64,000 nucleotides of DNA, taken from assembly GCA_963818475.1 (NCBI GenBank), contig CAWFSF010000006.1:896001-960000 (forward strand), written 5' to 3'. This document shows positions 53,016 through 62,551 of the stretch, piece by piece. A program made the translations under genes and the position numbers. The notes under the pieces are model-generated. The model did not search any database and was not told where the DNA came from. It saw nothing but the letters and a program-made list of their open reading frames with translations. Origin of the DNA: Nitrospirota bacterium (GTDB lineage Bacteria > Nitrospirota > UBA9217). Positions within the stretch are counted from its first letter, which is position 1. Every line of letters begins with the position of its first letter.

Positions 53016-53510
53016 ATGAAACCCTCAATTCCCGACACAGGAACGGTCATCAGGCTGGAAGGCGAAAATGCAGTGATCCGCATGAAAGGGGACGGGTCTT
53101 GCAGGAAGTGCGGAGTTGCGGTATTAGGCCTGTGCAGGGGGGGACTTATGCAGGTACTGACCGTCAAAAATTCGAAGAGGGCTCGTATCGGAGACACCGT
53201 TAAGATCGGGCTGGTTCAAGGGGTTCAATACACGGGTTATGTACTGGCCTATGTAATCCCATCGGTTGCGCTGATCTTCGGCGCAGTGGGAGGCCATTTC
53301 CTTGGATCTTATGCAGGTTTCCCACCATTGGATATTATTGCGGGCTTCACCTCGCTGATCGCGGTCTCGTTTTTATCCTTGAGGCGATTAAAGCGTCTGG
53401 ATGCTTCCTCTTCGATCGAGATCGTGAAAGTGCTTTTCGATCCCTGGAATCCCGGATCCCGGAGATCCGATGAAGAAACTATCCCCGATTACTCCCTTTC
53501 AAACTTCTAG
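53016..53510 (+). CDS. RseC/MucC family protein
   Basis: G.V....., CRKC...C motif, GDTVKIG, AYVIP, two TM helices. Confidence 0.75.
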   Translation: MKPSIPDTGTVIRLEGENAVIRMKGDGSCRKCGVAVLGLCRGGLMQVLTVKNSKRARIGDTVKIGLVQGVQYTGYVLAYVIPSVALIFGAVGGHFLGSYAGFPPLDIIAGFTSLIAVSFLSLRRLKRLDASSSIEIVKVLFDPWNPGSRRSDEETIPDYSLSNF

Positions 53511-53699
53511 CTGATCGTCCTTTTCATGACATTTTTTCTGATCGCTTTTCTCCTCCTCCTCATCGTCGTCCAGCATCCGGTACTTCGGCCCTTCGATATC
53601 ATCATACTGACCGCTCTTGACCGCCCAGAGGAAGAACATCCATCCGGCGAATCCCGCTCCCAGGGTCAAAAAGATCAGGAGGAGCATGCTCCACATCAT
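53499..53699 (-). CDS. ccoS: cbb3 oxidase maturation protein
   Basis: FLWAVKSGQYDD. Confidence 0.9.
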   Translation of the reverse strand: MMWSMLLLIFLTLGAGFAGWMFFLWAVKSGQYDDIEGPKYRMLDDDEEEEKSDQKKCHEKDDQLEV

Positions 53700-56149
53700 G
53701 ATGACAACCTCGCGCGCATGGAATTGCCGACCACCGAGAGCGAACTGAACGCCATGGCTGCAGCGGCCATGACCGGGTGCATAACGCCAAGGATGGCCAG
53801 GGGGATCACGACAATGTTGTAGAAGAAGGCCCAGAAGATATTCTGCTTTATGATCGCGAAGGTCTTTTTCGAGAGTGCTATGGCGTCCGCGACCAGCCTG
53901 AGGTCAGAGCGCAGAATGACCATGTCCGCGCTTTCAAGCGCGATATCCGTGGCCCGACCCATGGCGACACCGACTGTGGCCTGCACCAGTGCAGGCGCGT
54001 CATTAATGCCGTCTCCTGCCATCAGCACGTGCCTGCCCTCATGTTCCATCTGCCTAATTTCGGCTGCTTTATCAAGCGGCGAGGCCAGGGCCTTCACTTG
54101 TTCAATGCCGGTCTTTTGCGCAACAGCCTCGGCAGTAGGCAGATTGTCGCCCGTGATCATCATGACCCCGAGCCCTGCTTTCCTGAGCATGCCTACTGTT
54201 TCAATCGCTTCTTTTCGTATCGTATCCGCTATGACGAACATGCCGCATAGGGACCGGTCCTGGCACAGATAGACAACCGTGGCTCCTGATTTTTCGCTCT
54301 CGGCGATCTTTTTGAGCTGCTCGATCCCCAGTACTGCATCAATGCTGCTGCCCATGCCCTCGGTTTCGATGAACTGGCGGTTGCCGATGAATTCTGTTTT
54401 CCCGAGAATTGTGCCACGTATCCCTTTGCCGGCTACTGCGGAAAAACCAGAGATCTCGTAGGGCTCCATCGCATTCCCGGCTTCGACAATTGCCTTGCCC
54501 AGCGAGTGTTCCGAGCAGCGTTCCAGGGAAAGTGCAAGCCGGAGTGCTTCACTGTCGGTCATACCTATGCCGCGAGCCTCGCTCAGGACCGGTTTTCCTT
54601 CAGTTATGGTCCCGGTCTTATCCAAAACCACGAAGTCAACGGCCGCGGCCTTTTCGATCACGTCTCCGCCTTTGATCAGGATTCCCCGTGAAGCTCCGTG
54701 GGACGTGCCGATCAGGATGGCCAGGGGAGTGGCGAGCCCCAGGGCGCAGGGGCAGGCGATCACCAGGACCGAGACCGCGTTCATGACTGCCCGGGAGACC
54801 GGAGCGTCAAGGTAAAGCCAGCCCAGGAACGTCAGCAGTGCTATGAGCAGGACCGCGGGCACGAAATAGCCCACCACCCGGTCGGCTAAGGCCTGGATCG
54901 GCGCGCGGCGCGACTGAGCGTCCTCAACTGCCTGGATGATCCTGGCGAGCACTGTGTCCTTTCCTGTCGTGGTGATCTGGAAAACGAAGCTTCCGTAGAG
55001 GTTCTGCGTACCGCCGAAAACCTGTGCTCCCGGTTTTTTTGAAGAGGGCTTCGACTCGCCGGTGAGCATGGATTCATCAGCTTCAGATTCTCCGGCCACG
55101 ACCATGCCGTCGATCGGTATCCGTTCACCGGGTATCACTTCGATAAAATCTCCGGGCCGCAGCGATGAGAGGGGGACCATTTGTCGCACTGCCAGGTGCG
55201 TCCACGCTCCGGCTTCCTGCTTCCGCGTGGCATCCAGCTTCCGGGCTGTTTTGGGCGTCAGTTGCATCAATTTGTGGATCGTTTCCGAGGCTTTTCCTTT
55301 AGCGCCTGCCTCGATGTATCTGCCGAGGAGAATGAGCGTAATGATCATGGCCGCCGTATCAAAATAGACCTCTCCGCCCGTAGCCATCTGGTATATGCTG
55401 TATCCGTATGCGGAAAGGGCGCCGGCCGTGATCAGGACATCCATGTTCAACGTGAGGTTCACCATGCCCCGGAAAGCCCCCTTGATGAGCGGCCAGCCCG
55501 AGTAGAACAGGACCGGAGTCGTGAGCAGCAGCGAGATCACATGAAAGAGGGATTTGAGCTTTTCGTCAATACCCTGAAAATACCCGGCATAGAGGGCAAC
55601 GGAGAACAGCATGAGCTGCATGGAAAAGAAAGCCGCGGTGCCGAAGCGGAGCAGCAGGTCGCGGGTCTCGCGCTGCTGTGCCTGTTCGAACTGGCCCGAG
55701 AGGAAGGGTTTCGCCGTGTAGCCGATGGACGCGATCCGCCCGATGATCGCGCCTATGTCGGTCTTGTCCGGGTTCCAGCGGATCTTTGCCCGGTGGGTGG
55801 CGTAATTCACCCTGGCGTAGGATATTCCGTCCGTCCTGGCGAGGATCTTTTCGTTCAGCCAGACGCAGGACGCGCACCGGATGCCGTCGAGGATGATATC
55901 GGTTTCTATCTCCGTGCCCGCGGGCCGCAGGCCGTCCAGGAAGGCGGAAACATCCACGGATTTTTTTTCAGCCGGGCCGGGCGTCCATGTCCGCCGTTTT
56001 GCGTAAAAGTCATCGAGCCCTTCGCTGTGGATAAGCTGGTAGATGCCGCTGCACCCGTGGCAGCAAAAGACCTTCGGCTGTCCATCCACGTCTTCGTGGA
56101 TCGCGTTGCGCTTCGATACTTCGAGCAGGCAGTGGTCACAGGTCAACAT
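53696..56149 (-). CDS. ccoI: Cu-translocating P1B-type ATPase (CcoI/FixI)
   Basis: CDHC, FCCHGC, CASC, TGES, ACPCALGLATP, DKTGT, GDGINDAP; lies in the cco operon. Confidence 0.92.
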   Translation of the reverse strand: MLTCDHCLLEVSKRNAIHEDVDGQPKVFCCHGCSGIYQLIHSEGLDDFYAKRRTWTPGPAEKKSVDVSAFLDGLRPAGTEIETDIILDGIRCASCVWLNEKILARTDGISYARVNYATHRAKIRWNPDKTDIGAIIGRIASIGYTAKPFLSGQFEQAQQRETRDLLLRFGTAAFFSMQLMLFSVALYAGYFQGIDEKLKSLFHVISLLLTTPVLFYSGWPLIKGAFRGMVNLTLNMDVLITAGALSAYGYSIYQMATGGEVYFDTAAMIITLILLGRYIEAGAKGKASETIHKLMQLTPKTARKLDATRKQEAGAWTHLAVRQMVPLSSLRPGDFIEVIPGERIPIDGMVVAGESEADESMLTGESKPSSKKPGAQVFGGTQNLYGSFVFQITTTGKDTVLARIIQAVEDAQSRRAPIQALADRVVGYFVPAVLLIALLTFLGWLYLDAPVSRAVMNAVSVLVIACPCALGLATPLAILIGTSHGASRGILIKGGDVIEKAAAVDFVVLDKTGTITEGKPVLSEARGIGMTDSEALRLALSLERCSEHSLGKAIVEAGNAMEPYEISGFSAVAGKGIRGTILGKTEFIGNRQFIETEGMGSSIDAVLGIEQLKKIAESEKSGATVVYLCQDRSLCGMFVIADTIRKEAIETVGMLRKAGLGVMMITGDNLPTAEAVAQKTGIEQVKALASPLDKAAEIRQMEHEGRHVLMAGDGINDAPALVQATVGVAMGRATDIALESADMVILRSDLRLVADAIALSKKTFAIIKQNIFWAFFYNIVVIPLAILGVMHPVMAAAAMAFSSLSVVGNSMRARLSS

Positions 56150-56816
56150 AGAGCTTTATTCCTTTGTACAGAAAATAGACGCCCATGACGATGACGATGA
56201 TGCCGCTTGCCCGGTAGATACTGCCCCGGAGCGTTGCGCTGAGCGATGTTATGGCAGCTCCGAATAAAAGCAAGGCAGGAAGCGTGCCGAGGCCGAACAG
56301 CAGGGTCGTTGCCATGCCGGGAACCAGTCCTCCGGTCCCGGCTGCGGCGATGAATACTGTGTAGGAGAGTCCGCAGGGGAGCAGGCCGATCAGGAGACCG
56401 AGGGGATAGTAGTGAAATGGCGAAGATGACGACCGGACCTGGTGGGCCAGCCGGAGGACCGGGAAATTATGCTTCTCGATCCATGCCATTGAGCCGGTTC
56501 TCGAAACGATGGCCATCCCCATGGCGACCATCATGATGCCGGCAAGAAGGGCCACGATATTCTGGATCCCTGCAAGTCTTCCGGCGACATTGACAAAAGA
56601 GCCCGATAACCCCATGATCCCGCCGATGATCCCATAGGTCGTTATGCGGCCCAGGTTGTACAGAACATGAGGGGAGAAGCGGCTGAACCACGGCAAAGCC
56701 TTGCCGGATGTCGTCGCGAGCGTATAGGATGCGACAAGCGGTCCGCACATGCCGATGCAGTGGCCGAAGCCGCCGAGAATGCCGGTCGTGAATGCCAGGA
56801 GAAAGCCGGGTTCCAT
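56136..56816 (-). CDS. DsbD_2/TauE-like membrane protein (cbb3 assembly)
   Basis: HCIGMCG, YNLGR, LLPCGLSY, FGLGTLP. Confidence 0.88.
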   Translation of the reverse strand: MEPGFLLAFTTGILGGFGHCIGMCGPLVASYTLATTSGKALPWFSRFSPHVLYNLGRITTYGIIGGIMGLSGSFVNVAGRLAGIQNIVALLAGIMMVAMGMAIVSRTGSMAWIEKHNFPVLRLAHQVRSSSSPFHYYPLGLLIGLLPCGLSYTVFIAAAGTGGLVPGMATTLLFGLGTLPALLLFGAAITSLSATLRGSIYRASGIIVIVMGVYFLYKGIKLYVDL

Positions 56817-56817
56817 G

Positions 56818-57288
56818 CTACCTGACCTCAAATATAAAATCAGCCGCAACAGACTTTCCCGCATCAGTAGCCGTTACTTTTGCTTTCCAGGTTTTATGAC
56901 CGCTCATGCATCGGGTAATCGTCCCGTGTCCCTCATATCTTCCGTTCTTGCCCCGCTTCAGGGCCACCTGGTTCTTACCCATGTACATGCCGGGCATGGT
57001 GAACTCAAGCAGGACCGTCGCATCATGGACAGGTTTCCCGTTTTTGGAAAGCGATACGATGAAAGTAAGGTCCGACATCGCCGTCACCGGCCTGGGCAGT
57101 ATCTCGAACTTGATCTTCGTGCCGTCGTCAGTTGCCGTGATACAGGGGCCTTGCTGGATGTCGCAGTTTATCCCGTGTTCTTCTGCGGCAGCGGCTGTGA
57201 GCATAGCCGTGCTCAACATCCCTGCTGTCAGGATAATCCCGGCGAGGTATCGCAACCGCCTCATGATCATGATGATTAACCGTTTCAT
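56818..57288 (-). CDS. FixH/YtkA-like periplasmic protein
   Basis: Signal peptide, MPGMYMG, GRYEG; start uncertain. Confidence 0.7.
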   Translation of the reverse strand: MKRLIIMIMRRLRYLAGIILTAGMLSTAMLTAAAAEEHGINCDIQQGPCITATDDGTKIKFEILPRPVTAMSDLTFIVSLSKNGKPVHDATVLLEFTMPGMYMGKNQVALKRGKNGRYEGHGTITRCMSGHKTWKAKVTATDAGKSVAADFIFEVR

Positions 57289-57740
57289 TGGGCTCCTTGT
57301 TCAGCGTATGCGGCATTTTTTAAACTGGCATGATCGCCGCGATGATCGATATCGCTTAGTATGTCCCAGCTCCCCTTGAGCGGAAGGTCAATGGAGGCAT
57401 GGTAACTGTTGTCAGAATGTCGTGCCATTGAGTACGTTTTATCGTACTGCCGCGTTGAAGGCCTGCTGACCGTAACGTGGACCACAGCATCGGTCAACGG
57501 GGCCCGGTTCTTATCTATGATCAGCAAAGACAGTTCGTTTTGTCCCGTTTTGAACTGCGGGTTTTGCAGGATGACGGTCCATCCCAGCTTCGCTTTATTT
57601 TGCATCGTCCGGTCCCATGCCAGTCCGGCTTCATAGGGTTTCTCCACAACGATGCCTTCGAAACTGTCCATTCCGACAACGATGGTCCCTATGGTGGCGG
57701 CAAGGCCGATGATGCAAACCAGGGTGATCAGTGTGCGCAT
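57285..57740 (-). CDS. FixH (CcoH)-like protein
   Basis: N-terminal TM, GIVVEKPYEAGLAW, RPST, GSWD. Confidence 0.75.
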   Translation of the reverse strand: MRTLITLVCIIGLAATIGTIVVGMDSFEGIVVEKPYEAGLAWDRTMQNKAKLGWTVILQNPQFKTGQNELSLLIIDKNRAPLTDAVVHVTVSRPSTRQYDKTYSMARHSDNSYHASIDLPLKGSWDILSDIDHRGDHASLKNAAYAEQGAQ

Positions 57741-57755
57741 GGTATAAAAAACCTT

Positions 57756-58970
57756 TCATTGAATGTTCGGAATCGCAAAATAAATACTTTTTGACAGGCT
57801 CTTGTCCGTTTGTTCGGACCGGAGGGTCAACGTGATCGTCGCGGGACGGTGTTCTTTTCCCGATATTCCCGGCAAGGACACGGCGACCCGTGTATGCGTC
57901 ATGTCCGCGCTCTTCGGCAGCGTGATCGCGGCGGGCGAGACCGCAGCCGCACCGGTCGACGCTGATGCGAAGAGGACCAGTTGAAGGTCGGACGCGCTCA
58001 TATTTCTCAGCGACAGTTCATAGGTGTTCGTTATACTACCATCCGCGCCTATTGCAGGGGGCGTTGCATAGTCCAGGCGCATGGTCATGTCAAAGGGCAT
58101 CCGCGTTGCAGAGAGATAGATAAGAACCGCAAAGGCCGCCACGGCAACGGCTCCGGTGATTAAGGGAACTGCCCGGACCCCCGAGCCGCGCACTCCCGGG
58201 GCGCCGAAGGTGTACTGCACCAGCGATGAGCGGCCCCGCCGGGCCATTCGGTCGGTGCAGGCGTCCACGCATTCGGCACAGTGGATGCATGCCGTCTGTG
58301 AACCCTTTCTGATGTCGATGCCGACGGGACAGGCTGCTGCGCAGGCGTTGCAGTGCATGCACTCCTCAGCGCGCCGGGGATCGAAGGCCACCACCAGCGT
58401 TCGCTCGTCGAACAGCACGCCCTGCAGTTTTGCATAGGGACAGACCGTTGCACAGAATGTCCTCCGCAGAGCGATCAGATCGAGAGCGATGATGATGAAG
58501 AGGACGAGGAAGGATCCCGCCACGATCTTCGCCGCCATTCCGCCGGCTGTCAGCAGAGCAGGCAAATCGTAGGGAGAGACGAAATACCCGATCAGGCTTG
58601 CCGCGATGACCATGCTCACCAGGATGCCTGCTGCGAAGGGGGCAATTTTCCGGAATCCACGCCGCTTCCCAGCAGCATCGAAGAGATCAGTGGCATCGAC
58701 CAGTATCGTCTGAGGGCAAAGCCATCCGCACCACATCCGGCCAAAGAGCGTTGTTGCCACGATGCCAGCAAAGGTTATAAATATCACCGCGATCAGGATG
58801 ATGAAAAAATCCGCCATCGGGACCGTGGTGCCGAAAAGCAGGAGCCGAAGGGTCGGAACATCGAACCGGAAGGCGCTTTCCCCGCCCACGCGCAGAAAGG
58901 GGAGCCCGACGAAGATGAGCAGCAACACGGCGCCCAGGGAACGTCTGAACCGGTGGAACTTCCTACTCAT
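57756..58970 (-). CDS. ccoG: cbb3 accessory 4Fe-4S membrane protein
   Basis: GRMWCGWLCPQT, FCATVCPYA, CMHCNACAAACPVGIDI, CIHCAECVDAC; ATG 58970 overlaps the end of ccoQ. Confidence 0.88.
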   Translation of the reverse strand: MSRKFHRFRRSLGAVLLLIFVGLPFLRVGGESAFRFDVPTLRLLLFGTTVPMADFFIILIAVIFITFAGIVATTLFGRMWCGWLCPQTILVDATDLFDAAGKRRGFRKIAPFAAGILVSMVIAASLIGYFVSPYDLPALLTAGGMAAKIVAGSFLVLFIIIALDLIALRRTFCATVCPYAKLQGVLFDERTLVVAFDPRRAEECMHCNACAAACPVGIDIRKGSQTACIHCAECVDACTDRMARRGRSSLVQYTFGAPGVRGSGVRAVPLITGAVAVAAFAVLIYLSATRMPFDMTMRLDYATPPAIGADGSITNTYELSLRNMSASDLQLVLFASASTGAAAVSPAAITLPKSADMTHTRVAVSLPGISGKEHRPATITLTLRSEQTDKSLSKSIYFAIPNIQ

Positions 58971-59106
58971 CGTCATCCAGCATTGAATATTTCGCTTCTT
59001 CAACCCTGGTGCGCCGCTTTGTGGAGTAGTAGTGCGCGATGATTATGACAAAGAGGACGACGAGGGCGAGCCCGAACAGAAAATATGCCCATGCTTGTTT
59101 TTCCAT
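58963..59106 (-). CDS. ccoQ: cbb3 oxidase small subunit (47 aa; not in ORF track)
   Basis: MEKQAWAYFLFGLALVVLFVIIIAHYYSTKRRTRVEEAKYSMLDDDE. Confidence 0.8.
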   Translation of the reverse strand: MEKQAWAYFLFGLALVVLFVIIIAHYYSTKRRTRVEEAKYSMLDDDE

Positions 59107-59133
59107 ATACGATACCTGTCTTTCAGGGGGAGT

Positions 59134-59241
59134 TCAGTTTTTTGTATCGTTCTTCCTGCCGCCTGCCGCAAAAATAAGCACGATGATGCCGATCACCGCT
59201 GCAGTCGTAAAACCGATCGTTGCAAAAATTGACAAGTCCAT
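59134..59241 (-). CDS. 35-aa single-TM micropeptide in the cco operon (not in ORF track)
   Basis: MDLSIFATIGFTTAAVIGIIVLIFAAGGRKNDTKN, preceded by RBS GGAGG. Confidence 0.6.
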   Translation of the reverse strand: MDLSIFATIGFTTAAVIGIIVLIFAAGGRKNDTKN

Positions 59242-59333
59242 GGAATGCTTCCTCCTTCCAGGGTCGTTAAGGGTGTGGAGCCAGGGCCGCGCCTGAAGGA
59301 TAATGGCAGCAGTACCCTGACTCCACAGGGGGA

Positions 59334-59516
59334 TTACGGTTTCACCGATTCCGTATACGCGCGCTCCTGGGACCAGCCGCTGATGGATGGCGTATAGGCA
59401 ACAAAATAATAAACGCCGAAGAGAATGAGCCCCCAGAACAGAAGCAGCCAGCCCAGAGGGAGTGCATGTGATGTAGCCTTTGCTTCAAAGTCATGAATGT
59501 TGTCATCTTCAGCCAT
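59334..59516 (-). CDS. Stand-alone CcoP/FixP N-terminal membrane domain
   Basis: LPLGWLLLFWGLILFGVYY...WSQ; no heme motif. Confidence 0.8.
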   Translation of the reverse strand: MAEDDNIHDFEAKATSHALPLGWLLLFWGLILFGVYYFVAYTPSISGWSQERAYTESVKP

Positions 59517-59527
59517 GGCATTTCTCC

Positions 59528-60464
59528 TTATTTTTTCCCCTGGAGCGATCTGATATAAGCAACCAGCGACCATATCTTGTTCTTGTCCAATGTTCCGGAG
59601 TAGGAGGGCATGCCGCCTTTAGCCGTCCTTCCGTCCACGACCATGTTGGGTTGTGTGCCGTTGTTGATGACTTCGAAGTAATCGTCATCAGGTATATCGC
59701 CGGCGACATACAAGAAAGTCGTATCCGTCAGGTTCGGTCCGATGGCGCCTTTCCCGTCAGCGCCATGGCATGCGGCGCAGTGCTGTTTGTACAAGGCCGC
59801 GCCCGTGCCGATCGCGGCGGTGTCCCCGGCAAGCGGGTTCGGAATAGGCGTTTCCTTGACCAGCGGCTGCGCCGTTGCTGCGGAGGCCCTCTTGACCGAC
59901 GTGCCGATCGACCTGAACGTACGCGATCAGGGCGTCCAGCTCATTCTTGTTTTTCAGTTCTGCGATCTCGTCCGGCGCGATGGGGAAATCATTCGCCTTC
60001 ATATGCGCCTGGATCTCCGCAGGATCGAGCTTGTTGTTCTTCATCCATCCGTAGGCCGGCATATTGGATTCAGCGAAGATCGCCTGGGCGTTGTCAAAAT
60101 GGATCTCATGCCACTTGTCCGGATATTTGCCGCCGATGCGCGCCAGGTCCGGGCCGGTGCGTTTCGATCCCCAGAGGAACGGACGGTCATAGGCGAACTC
60201 CCCGGCCTTCGAGTATTCGCCGTACCGCATGACCTCGGTCTTCAGCGGACGCACCGTCTGCGTGTGGCAGTTATTGCAGCCTTCGCGCTGGTAAATGTCC
60301 TTGCCCGCAAGCTGCAGCGCGGTGTAGGGTTTCAGGTTCGCCAGTTTCGGATGCATCTCCGGCGTCAGCATCGGGATGAACATGGTGACTGCGGTCCCGA
60401 TGAGGATGACGACGGCCGCGACGATCGCGAACAGAATGGGTTTACTGTAGAGATTGCCTGCCAT
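59528..60464 (-). CDS. ccoO: cbb3 subunit II fused to an extra cytochrome c domain, apparent frameshift at ~59911
   Basis: EGCNNCHTQTVRP, LWGSKRTGPDLAR; continues in another frame to CAACHGADGKG..IGPNL..GMP. Confidence 0.88.
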
Positions 60465-60473
60465 GATATCCCC

Positions 60474-61877
60474 CTATGCCTTCGCGCCGGCAGGCGGGAG
60501 CGCCTTGCCTTTGCGCATCGTCATGAACACATTGTAGATGAAGAAGAGCATGCCGATCGTGAAGATCACGCCCCCGATCGTCCTCATTTTCCAATAGGGA
60601 TAGTTCTTGGCCACAACCTCTATGAACGTATAGGTCAGGCTTCCGTCAGGGTTCGTGGCCTTCCAGAGCGCGCCCTGCATGATCCCGGTGATCCACATGG
60701 TGATCGAGAAGATCAGCTGGCCGATCAGGACGAGCCAGAAATGGATATTCGCGATCTTTACGCTGTAGATCTCCGTGTTGTAGATCTTCGGGATGATGTA
60801 ATAGATGGCTGCCGCCGTTGTCATCGTTACCCAGCCCATGGTCCCCATATGCACATGGCCGGGGACCCAGTCGGTATAATGAATGAGCTGGCTCACCACG
60901 CGCAGTCCCTGGGTCGGCCCCTGCACGGTCTGCAGGCCGTAGAACGTGATGCCGAGGATGAAGAACTTGGTGAGATAATTGGTCTGCATCTTCGACCAGT
61001 CGGTGCCGACCGTATAATACCCGTTCACCACGGAACCCCAGGACGGCGCGATCAGGAAGATGGTGAAGGCGATGCCCAGGGTCTGGATCCAGTCGGGCAG
61101 GGGCGTGTACACCAGATGGTGCGCTCCGGTCCAGAGATAGGCGAACACCAGGGACCAGAAGGCGATGATCGAAAGACGGTGGCTGTAGATCGGCAGGCCC
61201 GTTGATTTGGGCAGAAAATAATAGAACATGGCAAGGATGGGCGTGGTGAAGATGAAGCCCACGGCGTTATGCCCGTACCACCATTGCACGTTGGCGCTGT
61301 TGACGCCGGCAAAAAGATGATAGGACTTGGTAAGCCCGGCAGGGATCGACAGGTTGTTCACGATATACAGCACGGCCACGGCGACGACCGTTGCAAGGAT
61401 GTACCAGAGGGAGATGTACATCTGCTCTTCTTTGCGCTTGATGATCGTGCCGAAGATGTTCACGGCAAAGATCACCCAGAGGATGACGACGCCGATGTCG
61501 AGCGGCCATTCAAGCTCCGCATATTCCAGTGACTGGTTCATGCCGAGGAACAGGCTGAGCGCAGCGAGCGCTATGGCGGCATTGAAGAGATACAGATGGA
61601 ACCGCGCGAGCTTTGGGAACAGCAGCGGCCGTTTGGTGAGCCTCATGATGATATAGTAGAAAATCCCGAAGATCGCGCCGATGCCGAGCCCGAAGGCGAG
61701 CCCGTTCGTGTGCACCACCCGCAGCCGTCCGAAGGTGAAGTAGGGCGCGATGTTCAGTGACGGCATCCACATCTGGATGGATATCCAGAGCCCGATCACG
61801 ATGCCGACGACGCCCCAGAATATCGAGGACAGGATAAAACCTTTTACCGTTTGATTATCATATTGATAATCATTCAT
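60474..61877 (-). CDS. ccoN: cbb3-type cytochrome c oxidase subunit I
   Basis: FGRLRVVHTN, EYAELEW, QWWYGHNAVGF, GAHHL, HVHMGTMGW. Confidence 0.96.
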   Translation of the reverse strand: MNDYQYDNQTVKGFILSSIFWGVVGIVIGLWISIQMWMPSLNIAPYFTFGRLRVVHTNGLAFGLGIGAIFGIFYYIIMRLTKRPLLFPKLARFHLYLFNAAIALAALSLFLGMNQSLEYAELEWPLDIGVVILWVIFAVNIFGTIIKRKEEQMYISLWYILATVVAVAVLYIVNNLSIPAGLTKSYHLFAGVNSANVQWWYGHNAVGFIFTTPILAMFYYFLPKSTGLPIYSHRLSIIAFWSLVFAYLWTGAHHLVYTPLPDWIQTLGIAFTIFLIAPSWGSVVNGYYTVGTDWSKMQTNYLTKFFILGITFYGLQTVQGPTQGLRVVSQLIHYTDWVPGHVHMGTMGWVTMTTAAAIYYIIPKIYNTEIYSVKIANIHFWLVLIGQLIFSITMWITGIMQGALWKATNPDGSLTYTFIEVVAKNYPYWKMRTIGGVIFTIGMLFFIYNVFMTMRKGKALPPAGAKA

Positions 61878-61923
61878 ACCAGTTGCCTCCTTATGCAGGA
61901 CCTTTGGTCCCCGATTTATATAA

Positions 61924-62322
61924 TTATCTTCCCCGCAGTTTGTCGATCGTTTCTTTTCTGAGACGTTCCTCCACCTCCCTTCGGATGTCCACCCATACCG
62001 GGTGAACCGCGCAGGAAGAGCTCATTTGGCACTTTTTATTGTCGACTGCGCACACATTTATGCCGGCAGGCCCCTGGATCGCTTCCATGATCTCCAGGAG
62101 GGATATTTCGGCCGGTTTTTTGGCGAGCCTGAAACCGCCGTGCATGCCGCGAAGGGAGCCGACGATCTTGCTGCGGATAAGCCGCTGGAGGATCTTGGCC
62201 AGAAAGGTCTTCGGGATGTGCATTGCATGGGCGATCTCGGTGACGTTGGCAACGAGGTCCTTTTCGCGTGCAAGATACAGCACACACCGTACGGCATAGT
62301 CAGTTTCTCTGGTAACGAGCAT
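61924..62322 (-). CDS. Rrf2 family transcriptional regulator (three-Cys, Fe-S type)
   Basis: DYAVR, FLAKILQRL, RGMHGGFRL, C-x6-C-x5-C..HPVW. Confidence 0.92.
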   Translation of the reverse strand: MLVTRETDYAVRCVLYLAREKDLVANVTEIAHAMHIPKTFLAKILQRLIRSKIVGSLRGMHGGFRLAKKPAEISLLEIMEAIQGPAGINVCAVDNKKCQMSSSCAVHPVWVDIRREVEERLRKETIDKLRGR

Positions 62323-62405
62323 AAGGTCTTTCTTTAGAAGATCTTCACTGACAAGATAAGTCTATCACAGGATTCATCGACAATATGCGGCCTGTCTTGT
62401 CTGTC

Positions 62406-62432
62406 AGTATAGGACTAAATTAGTCCTATACT
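62406..62432. promoter_or_regulatory. Perfect palindromic operator upstream of the rrf2-cco operon
   Basis: AGTATAGGACTA-AAT-TAGTCCTATACT; minus-strand TTGACA at ~62450-62455 lies within a second IR (62441-62480). Confidence 0.75.
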
Positions 62433-62551
62433 ACCACAAGAAAATTGCTTGTCAAGGGAAAGTATGATGACAAGCAATTTTTGCAATTAAATGACCTTAC
62501 CTGTTCTGTATCCACGGACGGTTCATAGTGCTAACACCATGATAAACCGGA

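Noticed and set aside
13768-61770. Long antisense ORFs (e.g. 13768-15270, 21136-22374, 24395-25207, 45568-46572, 59742-61205)
   Set aside because: Shadows of well-supported genes on the opposite strand in GC-rich sequence.
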